From a candidate division FCPU426 bacterium (GTDB lineage Bacteria; Oederibacteriota; Muellerivitia; Muellerivitales; Muellerivitaceae): a stretch of 64,000 bases of DNA. Shown piece after piece: positions 28,398 to 37,612 of this stretch. Where the stretch lies: positions 384,001 through 448,000 of the forward strand of contig CAVYSE010000011.1 of the NCBI GenBank assembly GCA_963771075.1, in the 5' to 3' direction. The notes below the pieces were generated by a model. It was not told where the DNA came from, made no database searches, and saw only the letters and a program-made list of their open reading frames with translations. Position numbers and translations under genes: made by a program. How positions within the stretch are numbered: the stretch's first letter is position 1; every line of letters begins with the position of its first letter.

Positions 28398-29411
28398 GTG
28401 CCTCTGATCACGGATACAAAGAAGATGGGGAAGTGGTTGCGTTGCGCACAGGGAGCCGGGGGGATCTTTTTTCTGCTGGCTGGGTGCCAGAAGGAACCCC
28501 TGGTGGATTTGACCCCAGACCAGGCGATTCCAGCGAAAACGCTTGTGACGGTCAATGGCGAGCCCATTTCCCTGGAAACCTTTGACAATGAATTCCGCCT
28601 CATGGAAATCCATTACAGCGCCGTGACCGAGGGCGAGATGAGGCCCGTCAAGCGGCGCCTATTTGAACAGGTGATCAACCGCAGACTGTTGCTTCAGGAG
28701 GCCCGGCGGGTAGGCCTCAAGATGACCCAGAAAGACCTTGATGACGCCTTTCAAAAAGCCCTCCGGGAGGTTCCCGACGATTACCGGACCGTTTTGAAGA
28801 CCCAGGGGGTCAGTGAGGAAGCCTGGAAGAAAAAGGTGCTCCAGGAGAAATTGGCCCAGAAAATCGTGGATCAGGAAGTGAATTCGAAGGTGCAGGTGAC
28901 GGATCCCGAGGTCGAGGAGTATTACTGGTCCCATCTCTCCGAATATTGGGTCCCGGCTGCGGTGTGGGCCCATCATTTGGTGGTGAGAAAAAGGACCGAC
29001 TTGGACAAGGCCCTGTTAAGCTTGAAGCGCGGGGAGGATTTCGCCAAGGTGGCGGCCACCTTCTCCGAGGGCGTGGAAAAGGCCCAGGGAGGCGATTGGG
29101 GTTGGATGCAGACGGACCGGCTTCCCCCGTCGTTCCTGGCCAGCCTTTCGGGGTTGGGACCGGGTGAGGTTTCCAAGCCCTTGCGGGACGAGTTCGGCTA
29201 CCATTTATTCCAGCGGATCGATTGGAGGCCCCGGCGCATGAGCACCCTGGCCGAGGCGGCTCCCCGAATCCGTGATTTTCTTTTGAAGGAAGAGCAAGAC
29301 GTGAGGTTCGACCAATGGATGGCCGGGCTCAAGAAAAACGCAGTCATTAAAGTGAACCAAGACCTGGCCCCCATCGTCGGGGTCACCCTGGAGGGATTGA
29401 AAGATGAATAA
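28398..29411 (+). CDS. PrsA/SurA-type parvulin PPIase lipoprotein
   Basis: LAGC lipobox; VNGEPI, F..VA..FS, GGDWGW, GEVSKP, FGYHLF. True start may be 28425. Confidence 0.88.
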   Translation: MPLITDTKKMGKWLRCAQGAGGIFFLLAGCQKEPLVDLTPDQAIPAKTLVTVNGEPISLETFDNEFRLMEIHYSAVTEGEMRPVKRRLFEQVINRRLLLQEARRVGLKMTQKDLDDAFQKALREVPDDYRTVLKTQGVSEEAWKKKVLQEKLAQKIVDQEVNSKVQVTDPEVEEYYWSHLSEYWVPAAVWAHHLVVRKRTDLDKALLSLKRGEDFAKVAATFSEGVEKAQGGDWGWMQTDRLPPSFLASLSGLGPGEVSKPLRDEFGYHLFQRIDWRPRRMSTLAEAAPRIRDFLLKEEQDVRFDQWMAGLKKNAVIKVNQDLAPIVGVTLEGLKDE

Positions 29412-31212
29412 ATGGATCATGGCGGGATTGTTCGCGGCGGGACTCACCGGAATTATCCCGGTTTCCGCCAAGGCGGAAACGGTGGACGAGATCGCGCTGG
29501 TGGTGGACCAGGAATCCATGACGCGGGGGGAAATCACCGAATCCATCGAGGCTTATTTCGCCGCCCGGAATGAAAAGAGCCCCTCCCCCGGGTCCCGCGA
29601 GTACCTGGAGGCCAAGAAACAGGTAGAGGACAATTTCATCCAAGAGGTTGTCCTGGCCGAGGAGGCGGACCGTGAAAAGATTGAGGTTTCCGATTCCGAC
29701 GTGGACGGGCAGGTGAACCAGGAGATCGAGGGAATGAAGCGTAATTTTCCAACGGACGAAGATTTCCAAGAGGGGCTGAAGCGGGAAGGAATCACCCTGG
29801 ATGATCTGAAGCAGGATACCCGCGACCGGATGACCCGGCGCATCAAGGCCGGCCGAGTTCTTCACACCAAACAGGCCGAATTGCCCTCGACCGCCGTGGT
29901 CACGGACGAGCAGGTGGCCGATTATTACCAAAAGCACCCGAAGGACTATGAACAAGCCAAGTTTTCCATCATTCTTTTCAACGCGGACGCCAAAACTTCC
30001 GCCGAGAAAAGGGCCTCGGCCGAGAAACAGGCCCAGGCCGTTTTGGCGGAATTGAAAAAAGGCGGGGATTTCGCCGCTGCCGCCAGAAAATATTCCGAAG
30101 ACGCGGGCACCCGGGATAACGGCGGTGAAGTGGGAACCGTCTACCGGTCCGACCTGGACCCCGACCTGGCCAAGGGTATTTTCGCCATGACCGTCCACAG
30201 CCTGGGATTGGTGCATGGAGCCGAGGGCTTTTACGTGGTCAAACTGGAATTCAAAGGGACCGCCGAATACAGTTCGGTGGCTTCCAGTATCAAGACCCAT
30301 CTTGAGCAAACGGGGCGGTCTGACGCCCTTCAACAGTGGATCGACCAGCTGAAGGCCAATGCCTACATCATGGAAGACGGGAAAGTGGTGGTGTTCAAGG
30401 CGAAGCCCGCTTCCACTGTTTCCGCGCCGTTAACCACCGCTGCCTCGAACGTCCCGGCAGGTTCCAGTTCACCCGCCACCGCCGCTTCGGAGGCCGCGAC
30501 CGATGAGGACTCGGACCTGCCCCCCATGGTGGTTTATCCCACCCTGCCGGATACGGACAGCTGGACCCTGACTGCGAAGTTCAACGGAATCAATTACAAC
30601 ACCCAGGATCTGAGCGATTATTACGGCTCATCGTCGAACGCCAACCAGAACTTTCCATTCGGCTTCGGGTTGAATTTTGGCGCCGACCTGGCGCTGGACC
30701 CGACCATTCAGGTCGGTGTGGAAGCCGAATTCCTGCGCAAGACCGTTGAAACGGTCCTGAATGCCAACAATTCGGGTGACACCGAACTTTGGAACAGCGC
30801 GGTGCTGGGTCCCGCCCTTCACGCCAAGTTGTTGATTCCCCTGGACGAAGGAACGAATTTCGACCTTTCCCTTTCCGGGGGATATTATTTCTTGGCCGGT
30901 GCGAGCGTGTCGGTTTCCGGGCCCGTTAGCGAGAACATGAACGCCTCGGCCTCAAGCTTTGGGGCGGTCGCCGCCGCGGATTTCGAGTTTTTCGTCGACA
31001 GCTCCAAAAACACCTCGCTGGATTTGGGCCTAGCCTACCGCTTCCTCAAATTCAGCCCCTTAAATACCAGCCTGACTTATTCCTCCAACAACAACGCCAC
31101 CCCCCTGGCAAACTCGCCGCTCCAGAACGCCGATGGAAGCAATGCCGCCATCGACTATTCGGGAATCGAAGTGGGGGTCGGCCTGCGTTTCTACCTGGGA
31201 AAGGGTGAATAG
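29404..31212 (+). CDS. SurA/parvulin PPIase fused to a C-terminal outer-membrane beta-barrel-like domain
   Basis: Signal peptide, VDEIALVVD, SurA helical core, FAAAARKYSED..NGGEVG, S/T/A linker, then amphipathic strands ending GVGLRFYL. Confidence 0.8.
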   Translation: MNKWIMAGLFAAGLTGIIPVSAKAETVDEIALVVDQESMTRGEITESIEAYFAARNEKSPSPGSREYLEAKKQVEDNFIQEVVLAEEADREKIEVSDSDVDGQVNQEIEGMKRNFPTDEDFQEGLKREGITLDDLKQDTRDRMTRRIKAGRVLHTKQAELPSTAVVTDEQVADYYQKHPKDYEQAKFSIILFNADAKTSAEKRASAEKQAQAVLAELKKGGDFAAAARKYSEDAGTRDNGGEVGTVYRSDLDPDLAKGIFAMTVHSLGLVHGAEGFYVVKLEFKGTAEYSSVASSIKTHLEQTGRSDALQQWIDQLKANAYIMEDGKVVVFKAKPASTVSAPLTTAASNVPAGSSSPATAASEAATDEDSDLPPMVVYPTLPDTDSWTLTAKFNGINYNTQDLSDYYGSSSNANQNFPFGFGLNFGADLALDPTIQVGVEAEFLRKTVETVLNANNSGDTELWNSAVLGPALHAKLLIPLDEGTNFDLSLSGGYYFLAGASVSVSGPVSENMNASASSFGAVAAADFEFFVDSSKNTSLDLGLAYRFLKFSPLNTSLTYSSNNNATPLANSPLQNADGSNAAIDYSGIEVGVGLRFYLGKGE

Positions 31213-31233
31213 GCCTTTACCAGCAGGCTGGCC

Positions 31234-31497
31234 ATGCGAGTGGATCTGTTTTTGAAGCTCATGGGAATCACCAAAACCCGCATGGCCGCAAAGCGGTTTT
31301 GTGATAATGGGCGGGTGACATACGGGCCGCATGCGCTCAAACCCTCTTTTGAACTTCAATGCGGTGAGGAACTGTTGATTCGTCTACCTATTCGGGAAAT
31401 AAGATTAAAGGTCGTCGCGTTACCTAGGGAGAAAAGCGTCGCTAAAGCGAACCGGCCCAAGTTTGTCGAGATCTTATCCTCTGTTGAAATGAAGTAA
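31234..31497 (+). CDS. S4-domain RNA-binding protein (Hsp15/YabO-like)
   Basis: MRVDLFLK..GITKTR..AK..CDNGRV...KPS. Confidence 0.88.
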   Translation: MRVDLFLKLMGITKTRMAAKRFCDNGRVTYGPHALKPSFELQCGEELLIRLPIREIRLKVVALPREKSVAKANRPKFVEILSSVEMK

Positions 31498-31582
31498 CTT
31501 TCCCTTTTGCGCCTCTTTTTTTCACGATCTGGTAGATACCACCTTTGGTAACTCAAAAATGAAATACTCTTCATTTTCTAAT

Positions 31583-31597
31583 TGATAATGGTTATCA
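31583..31597. promoter_or_regulatory. Fur-family box
   Basis: TGATAAT-G-GTTATCA, one mismatch to the 7-1-7 TGATAATnATTATCA consensus, upstream of the NRAMP gene. Confidence 0.7.
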
Positions 31598-31650
31598 TTT
31601 AAATTATTCTCAAGACGCAATCGAATCTATTGAAAGCTATGAGGGAGCGT

Positions 31651-32946
31651 ATGTCGGCGGATATTAAGATTCTCAAAGCGATTTCCGTCAAAAAGAAATC
31701 CAATTTTGGGTCGCGCCTTGCGGCTTTTCTCATGGTCATGGGCCCGGGCTTGATCGTCATGCAGGCCGACACCGAGGCGGGAAGCATCACCACCGCGGCG
31801 GTGGCCGGCGCCCAATACAGCTTCCACCTGGTCGGGTTGCTTGTGATCCTCGCGTTACCTCTCTATGTGGTCCAGGAAATGACCGCGCGCCTGGGTTCGA
31901 TCACGGGAAAGGGCCACGCCTTTCTCATACGCCAAAAATACGGAATGGGTTGGGCCTGGGTTTCCCTTTCAGTGCTGTTCCTTTGCAACATCGCGGCCCT
32001 GGTCACCGAATTCGCGGGAATCATGAGCGCGGCCCGAATGGCCCATATCTCCCCTTTCCTATCGGTTCCCGTCTCGGCCTTTCTCCTGATTTCGGTGGTC
32101 ATGACCGGCAAATACCGCACGGCGGAATATATCGCCCTGGTCTTTTGCCTGACCGACCTGCTCTTTATCCCGGCGGCCTTCATGGCCCATCCCGATTGGG
32201 GCGAAATCGCCCGGCAGGTTTTTTCTATCCCTACCCAGTCCATCGATCGTGATTTTATTTTGATCGTGATCGGCTTGATTGGGGCGGTCATCATGCCCTG
32301 GATGATCTATTACCAACAAAGCGCTGTGGTGGACAAAAAACTCACCCCCGCCGACCTGCCCTTTGAGCGGGTCGATACGGCCATTGGCGCCATCGTCACC
32401 GAGATCATCATGGCGGTCATCGTGATCGCCACCGGGGCGACCCTCTATATCAACCACATCCACGTGGATGACGCCACCCAGGCCGCCCAAGCTCTAATCC
32501 CAGTGGCGGGTAAATACGCGGGGTTACTTTTCGCGGTGGGCCTCATCAGCGCCTCTTTTTTGGGCGCGTTTGTGGTGGCGGTTTCCACCGCCTGGGCCTT
32601 CGGCGAAACTTTTGGCTGGTCCCACAGCCTGAATCACAGCTTTCCCCAGGCCCGCAAGTTCTATTCTTTTTACGCCGCCGGGGTGGTTCTGGCCGCCTTG
32701 ATCGTGTTGATCCCCAACATACCGCTGGTTACCATCACTGTTTTCGTGGAGGTGGGCAACGCGCTTTTATTGCCTATCGTGCTGACATTCCTTCTTCTCC
32801 TCACCAACGATAAGAATCTGCTGGGAGACCAGGTGAATGACTGGAAGGCCAACCTGATGGTGGGCGCCACGGGTATTGTGGTGATTTTTCTGGGCATTTT
32901 GTCGGTGGTGATGACGCTTCTTCCCAACTGGAACCCCTGGAAATAA
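31651..32946 (+). CDS. NRAMP-family divalent metal transporter (non-MntH subgroup)
   Basis: GPGLIV..ADTEAGSI, QEMTARLG..TG.G, IGAVIMPW..YQQS; DxxAG replaces the canonical DPGN. Confidence 0.88.
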   Translation: MSADIKILKAISVKKKSNFGSRLAAFLMVMGPGLIVMQADTEAGSITTAAVAGAQYSFHLVGLLVILALPLYVVQEMTARLGSITGKGHAFLIRQKYGMGWAWVSLSVLFLCNIAALVTEFAGIMSAARMAHISPFLSVPVSAFLLISVVMTGKYRTAEYIALVFCLTDLLFIPAAFMAHPDWGEIARQVFSIPTQSIDRDFILIVIGLIGAVIMPWMIYYQQSAVVDKKLTPADLPFERVDTAIGAIVTEIIMAVIVIATGATLYINHIHVDDATQAAQALIPVAGKYAGLLFAVGLISASFLGAFVVAVSTAWAFGETFGWSHSLNHSFPQARKFYSFYAAGVVLAALIVLIPNIPLVTITVFVEVGNALLLPIVLTFLLLLTNDKNLLGDQVNDWKANLMVGATGIVVIFLGILSVVMTLLPNWNPWK

Positions 32947-32974
32947 AGAAACAAGAACCCAGTTCAAAACCTTT

Positions 32975-33065
32975 TCCGCAAATAACACGAAGACCACGAA
33001 ATAAAATTCTTGGTTTTAGCTATTTTCGTCTTGATTTGAACTTTGTGCTTGTTGTGATCTTTGAG
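32975..33065. repeat. Periodic inverted-repeat element (CACGAA variant)
   Basis: ccgcaaataacacgaagaccacgaa ... ctttgtgcttgttgtgatctttgag. Confidence 0.45.
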
Positions 33066-33166
33066 ATAAGAATTTTTTGAACTGAATTGACTTCTATGTC
33101 GAAGCGCTCACCTTTCCGATGTTCCCCTCCGCCTTGAAGGTGTAAACTTCCTCCAACCTTTTCGGA

Positions 33167-34519
33167 TTGAAGGAAGCGGATTTGGAACATAAAAGCCCAC
33201 CCATCTTTACCAAAACTAACCTGTTCTGGTTTCTTTTACTTTTCATGGCCGCCTTTTATTTCCGGGTTTACTTCGGCTTGCACTGTCCCTCTATTATCGT
33301 GGATGAGGATGAGGTCCAAACCTACCTGATCGGATTGAAATCCTTCACAACTGGCACCTGGCCCTTTTTCGGTCCCGATATGACCACGGTGTCGACCTAC
33401 CAGGGCCAGATTTGCGGGGCGTTGGAAGGTCTGCTCATCGCCCTCCCCCTTCATCTCTGGTCCAATCCCTTGTCTCCTTATCTTTTCCTGAACTTGCTCT
33501 CCATGGGCGCCTTCGTTTTTCTGGGTTGGTATGGTTGCAAGCGCACGCCCGGCCTTTCACCTTGGTTTATCTTTACTTGGGTTTTCATCGCGCCCTGGGC
33601 CACGCATTACTCCACACAAATCATCAATCCATCCTACGCAGTGGTAGGGGCCTCGCTTTTTTTGGTTGGTTTCATGGAATCGGTGCCCGCTTTAAGCCGG
33701 GAGGCCGTTTCTTCCCGCCTATCAAACGCCCTGATGGGGTTCGGCCTTTTGTGGGTTATGCAATTGCACATGTCTTGGACCATGTTCGTGCCCTTCATGG
33801 CCTATAGTCTTTACACGCAAAAGAAAAATTGGATTTCAGCCCTGGGGTTTGCCTTTTTAGGTGCCCTTCCCATGTTCGCCTTGATCGCGCCGACCTATTG
33901 GACCTATGGTTTCGGTTTGGGGCAGAATATCCATTCCTTTTCATCGGCTTTTAACCGGGATAATCTCTCCCAAATCTTCACCATTTTGGCCCGATTCATG
34001 TCCTATGCCTCTTTTGAACTGCCGAGGTTTTTGGCCGAACATACTCATCAACGGTGGGCCTACCTTAAGGAAAGTCCCTGGCTTCTTGTGCCGGGAGCCT
34101 TTCTTTGGGTGGCGGGCCTTTTTCAAGCCGTGATCTTATGTATTTTCGGTTTCGTGAAAATGGAAGGGAAAGAAGATTGGAAAGCGATCAAGATCATGAC
34201 CTATCTGTTCGTCCTCATTATCTATGTTTTATTCTGGTTTTCTTTACTTCCGCCTGCCTCCAACCGCTTTTATGAAGCTTTCCCCTTCGCGTTTGTTTAT
34301 TCCCTCTATTGTTGGGAATATCTCGCTACCCGAAATTTTTGGAGGGTGCTCGGGGTGGTTTTCCTGATCTTCGGGGTCTGGTTTCAAATTGGATACGCCA
34401 TCAAGACGGATTTATCGGGGAATTCGGTCTATTCCAAATGCCGGGACCAAATGAAGAAGGCGATCGATGCGAGGGATTACCGACTGTTGGCGGACCGCAG
34501 GTCCGGAGCGCTTTATTAA
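33167..34519 (+). CDS. Multi-pass membrane protein, GT-C/ArnT-like glycosyltransferase candidate
   Basis: About 11 TM helices, acidic DEDE after TM1, FFGP, NPSY and QLH motifs. Confidence 0.6.
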   Translation: MKEADLEHKSPPIFTKTNLFWFLLLFMAAFYFRVYFGLHCPSIIVDEDEVQTYLIGLKSFTTGTWPFFGPDMTTVSTYQGQICGALEGLLIALPLHLWSNPLSPYLFLNLLSMGAFVFLGWYGCKRTPGLSPWFIFTWVFIAPWATHYSTQIINPSYAVVGASLFLVGFMESVPALSREAVSSRLSNALMGFGLLWVMQLHMSWTMFVPFMAYSLYTQKKNWISALGFAFLGALPMFALIAPTYWTYGFGLGQNIHSFSSAFNRDNLSQIFTILARFMSYASFELPRFLAEHTHQRWAYLKESPWLLVPGAFLWVAGLFQAVILCIFGFVKMEGKEDWKAIKIMTYLFVLIIYVLFWFSLLPPASNRFYEAFPFAFVYSLYCWEYLATRNFWRVLGVVFLIFGVWFQIGYAIKTDLSGNSVYSKCRDQMKKAIDARDYRLLADRRSGALY

Positions 34520-34595
34520 TTCTCGTTTTAGGAACCTAAGTTTTAACCGCAAGTTCCGGGTGGAATCGGACGCCCAAAAACCCTAGTCTAGGTCT

Positions 34596-35447
34596 ATGCG
34601 GAATCAAGTCCTGAACGAAAAAGACTACCAGCGGATCGAGAAAAGCCTTCTTTACCTTCATGAGCGCCTTTTGGACCAGCCCAAGCTTGAGGATCTGGCT
34701 AGGCAGGCCCGGTTAAGCCCCTTTCATTTCCAAAAAATTTTCAAGCGTTGGGCCGGCATCAGCCCGAAGTCCTACCTGTCCTTCCTGACAGCCCGACGCG
34801 CCAAGACCCTTCTTTCCCAATCCCGAAGCGTTTTGAACGCGGCTTACGACACGGGTCTTTCCTCGCCGGGACGTCTGCATGATTTGATGGTCAAGACCGA
34901 GGCGCTCACACCGGGGGAGATCAAATCGGGTGGGGCGGGGGTAACCATCGAACACTGTTTTTTTGAAAGCCCCTTTGGATTGGCCTTGCTAGGGATCACT
35001 TCGCGAGGCATCTGCCACTTAGGGTTCCCCTCCCGCGAGGAAAAAGAGAAGGCCTTGGAGAGAATGAAACAAAACTGGCCAAAGGCAAAATTCACCGAAA
35101 GCACCCAAAAAATCCGAAAGATGGCGAAAAATCTTTTTAAGCATAACGACAAGCCCCACACAGTCCTACTGAAAGGAAGCCCTTTTCAAATCAAGGTTTG
35201 GGAGGCCTTGCTTCAAATCCCGGAAGGGCGGACCTGGTCTTATGGGGAAGTGGCGAATCGAATTGGAAAACCGAAGGCGGTTCGGGCGGTCGGGACCGCC
35301 GTGGGCGCGAACCATGTGGCCTATCTCATCCCCTGCCACCGAGTGATCCGGGAATCGGGAGCCCTGGGAGGGTACGGGTGGGGGCTTCCCAAAAAGACGG
35401 CCATGCTCACTTGGGAGTCATGTGAATATTTAAAGGAAAACGAGTAA
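34596..35447 (+). CDS. ada: AraC-HTH / methylated-DNA-protein-cysteine methyltransferase (Ada-like)
   Basis: LSPFHFQKIFKRWAGISPK; FQIKVWEAL, SYGEVA, IPCHRVI. Confidence 0.92.
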   Translation: MRNQVLNEKDYQRIEKSLLYLHERLLDQPKLEDLARQARLSPFHFQKIFKRWAGISPKSYLSFLTARRAKTLLSQSRSVLNAAYDTGLSSPGRLHDLMVKTEALTPGEIKSGGAGVTIEHCFFESPFGLALLGITSRGICHLGFPSREEKEKALERMKQNWPKAKFTESTQKIRKMAKNLFKHNDKPHTVLLKGSPFQIKVWEALLQIPEGRTWSYGEVANRIGKPKAVRAVGTAVGANHVAYLIPCHRVIRESGALGGYGWGLPKKTAMLTWESCEYLKENE

Positions 35448-35470
35448 TTTAACCAACATCAAACAAAAAG

Positions 35471-35590
35471 CCGCCAAGACACAAAGTGAAGGCCGATTGG
35501 GCAAAATCGATTACGATTTTCAGCACAAAGAACGAAAAGAAAATAATCTAATTTTGATTTTTTGATGACAGGGTGTCTTGGTGGTGAAAA
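35471..35590. repeat. Periodic inverted-repeat element (CACAAAG variant)
   Basis: gccgccaagacacaaag ... gtgtcttggtggtgaaaa. Confidence 0.5.
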
Positions 35591-35601
35591 TTCAGGCTGT
35601 A

Positions 35602-36471
35602 TTACTGGGTGGCAGGGGTGGGTTGAACCGTAGGGGTGATGGAATTGGCCGCTGGTTCAGATGATTCTAATAGATCCTTCGGCAGTGAAGTTGGGGTGGG
35701 TGCGGCCTCTTTGGGAGAGTCGGCATTGGTTTCTTTATCGGCCGAGGGCGATTCGGAAGAGGTTTGCGGGGTTGGGGCCGAAGATGAATCAACAGGAGTT
35801 TCGGCAGGCGGGGCGGGTGTGTTGGTCGGTTCTCCTTTCACGGCGGGTTCCGAATTGTCCGGTTTTGGGGCGTGGGTCGGATGCTTAGCGGGTGACTCGG
35901 TGATCGCAGTAGGCACTTGAGCCTGGGGTGTCGGCGCGCTCAAGTTGGTTTCGGGGGTGACATTGGCCTGGGGTGTGGCCCCGGGGGTAGTCATACCTGG
36001 GGTGGTTTCGCCCGGGGTAATCGAGGTGCTTGCGGTGGCTTGGACCGTTGGAGGGGAATTAAGGTCGATGGGGACCGTGGTATTAGGGGGCGTGGTTGAG
36101 GGCGTCCGATGGGTTAAAAGAACAGCCAGCATTATCAAAATGAGAATTCCCAAGCCGACCCAATAGAAGGTGAGATTTCTGGTACCCTTGGTTTTCTCGG
36201 GAGCCGTTTCGTCATTTGCGGGAGTAAGACTTTTTTCCTCAGGCTTTTGTTCCTTGGGGGCCGAAACCTCTTCTTCAGTGGCCGGAGGGGGAGGTTCTTC
36301 TTCCTTGGATGGGGCTCCTTCCCCTTCGTCGGGTAGGGGCTCTTCCTCAGGAACAGATTTGGCGGCAGGGGTTTCCCCTGCGTGGATGCGCCACAGGGCA
36401 AAATTTAATCCGCATTTGCCGCAAACGGGCGTATGGTCCGGTTGTTCCAAATCGCATTCAGGACATTTCAT
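35602..36471 (-). CDS. Zinc-ribbon, single-TM, Pro/Thr-rich hypothetical protein
   Basis: MKCPEC...CGKCG, acidic linker, one TM helix, low-complexity P/T/S tail. Confidence 0.75.
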   Translation of the reverse strand: MKCPECDLEQPDHTPVCGKCGLNFALWRIHAGETPAAKSVPEEEPLPDEGEGAPSKEEEPPPPATEEEVSAPKEQKPEEKSLTPANDETAPEKTKGTRNLTFYWVGLGILILIMLAVLLTHRTPSTTPPNTTVPIDLNSPPTVQATASTSITPGETTPGMTTPGATPQANVTPETNLSAPTPQAQVPTAITESPAKHPTHAPKPDNSEPAVKGEPTNTPAPPAETPVDSSSAPTPQTSSESPSADKETNADSPKEAAPTPTSLPKDLLESSEPAANSITPTVQPTPATQ

Positions 36472-36687
36472 GGGGAGATTATAAAGGGATAATTCCGAAG
36501 TGGGATATTCATTTAAGAAGACCCTGAATATTTACTTTAGATGCACAGAGACACATGCCGGCCATCCACGAGACATTAAATGGGGCCGGCATCGTCCCGA
36601 TTTCTTTCGCCTTTTGGGCGATAGGGGGCAGAAAAGTGCTTCTTTTTTGATTCCAACAAAACCTGAAACCGATATTTAGAGTCGGAC

Positions 36688-37356
36688 TTAATTCAGGATT
36701 TCAATGAAATCCGAAAGCGAATCCACCAACCAGTCGGGATGGGAGGCCGCCAATTGTTCCTTGGGCACGAAACCATGAATCACGATGCCCACCCTCATTT
36801 GCGCGGCTCGGGCGGCCTCCACGTCCACGGTGGAATCCCCGATCATGACGGAACAGGTGGGAGTGGCCTCCAACTTTTTCAGGGCGGTTAAGAGGGGTTC
36901 GGGATGGGGTTTCCGGTTCGTGGTCGCGTCGGCCCCCAAGGCGACCCGGAAATAGGGCGCAAGCCCCAATTTTTCCAGGGTGATCAGCGTTAATTCGTGG
37001 GGTTTGTTGGATACCAGTCCGAGGGGAATATCCCTTTTTTTAAGGCTGTCCAAAAGCTCCATCACTCCCGGGAAAACGGTCGTCTGGTCCACGCAATGGT
37101 CCCGGTAATAGTCTTTCAAGACCTTCAACCCCTCCGCTAGTTTGGCGGGATCTTCCGTTTCCAGGGCCTTGCGATTTAGGTTTTCCACGCCCCATCCGAT
37201 ATAACCCACGATGGTTTCCGGGGGAAGGGCGGGCATGCCAAAGTGAAGGCGCGCCGAATTAGCCGCCGCGGCGATATCTTTTTTGGAATCGATCAGGGTC
37301 CCGTCCAGGTCGAAAAGGACTCCCTCGATTTCTTGGCGTTTGTCGTTGTGACGCAA
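36688..37356 (-). CDS. gph: HAD-family phosphatase (phosphoglycolate phosphatase-like)
   Basis: FDLDGTLIDS, SNKP, KPHPEP, IGDS..DV.AARAA. Confidence 0.88.
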   Translation of the reverse strand: MRHNDKRQEIEGVLFDLDGTLIDSKKDIAAAANSARLHFGMPALPPETIVGYIGWGVENLNRKALETEDPAKLAEGLKVLKDYYRDHCVDQTTVFPGVMELLDSLKKRDIPLGLVSNKPHELTLITLEKLGLAPYFRVALGADATTNRKPHPEPLLTALKKLEATPTCSVMIGDSTVDVEAARAAQMRVGIVIHGFVPKEQLAASHPDWLVDSLSDFIEILN

Positions 37357-37612
37357 GAAGCCCTCCTGAAGGCGGGCTCATGTTAAAGGGAACGGCTTCT
37401 GGTGTCAAAGTGGCGCCAAAGGGGTATCGAAAGGGGCTGGATTTTTGTATAAAGGAAGAGCCTTGGCTAAAACGACCCCCCCAATATTTAGCCGCCGAAA
37501 CATGGGAACTATTCGGATTAAAACCAAACTTTTAAGATTTTTTGTTTGATCCCTTTAATCCGTTGAATCTGTGGCCCAATCGATTTATTGGGGTTTTAAA
37601 AGGATTAAAACA

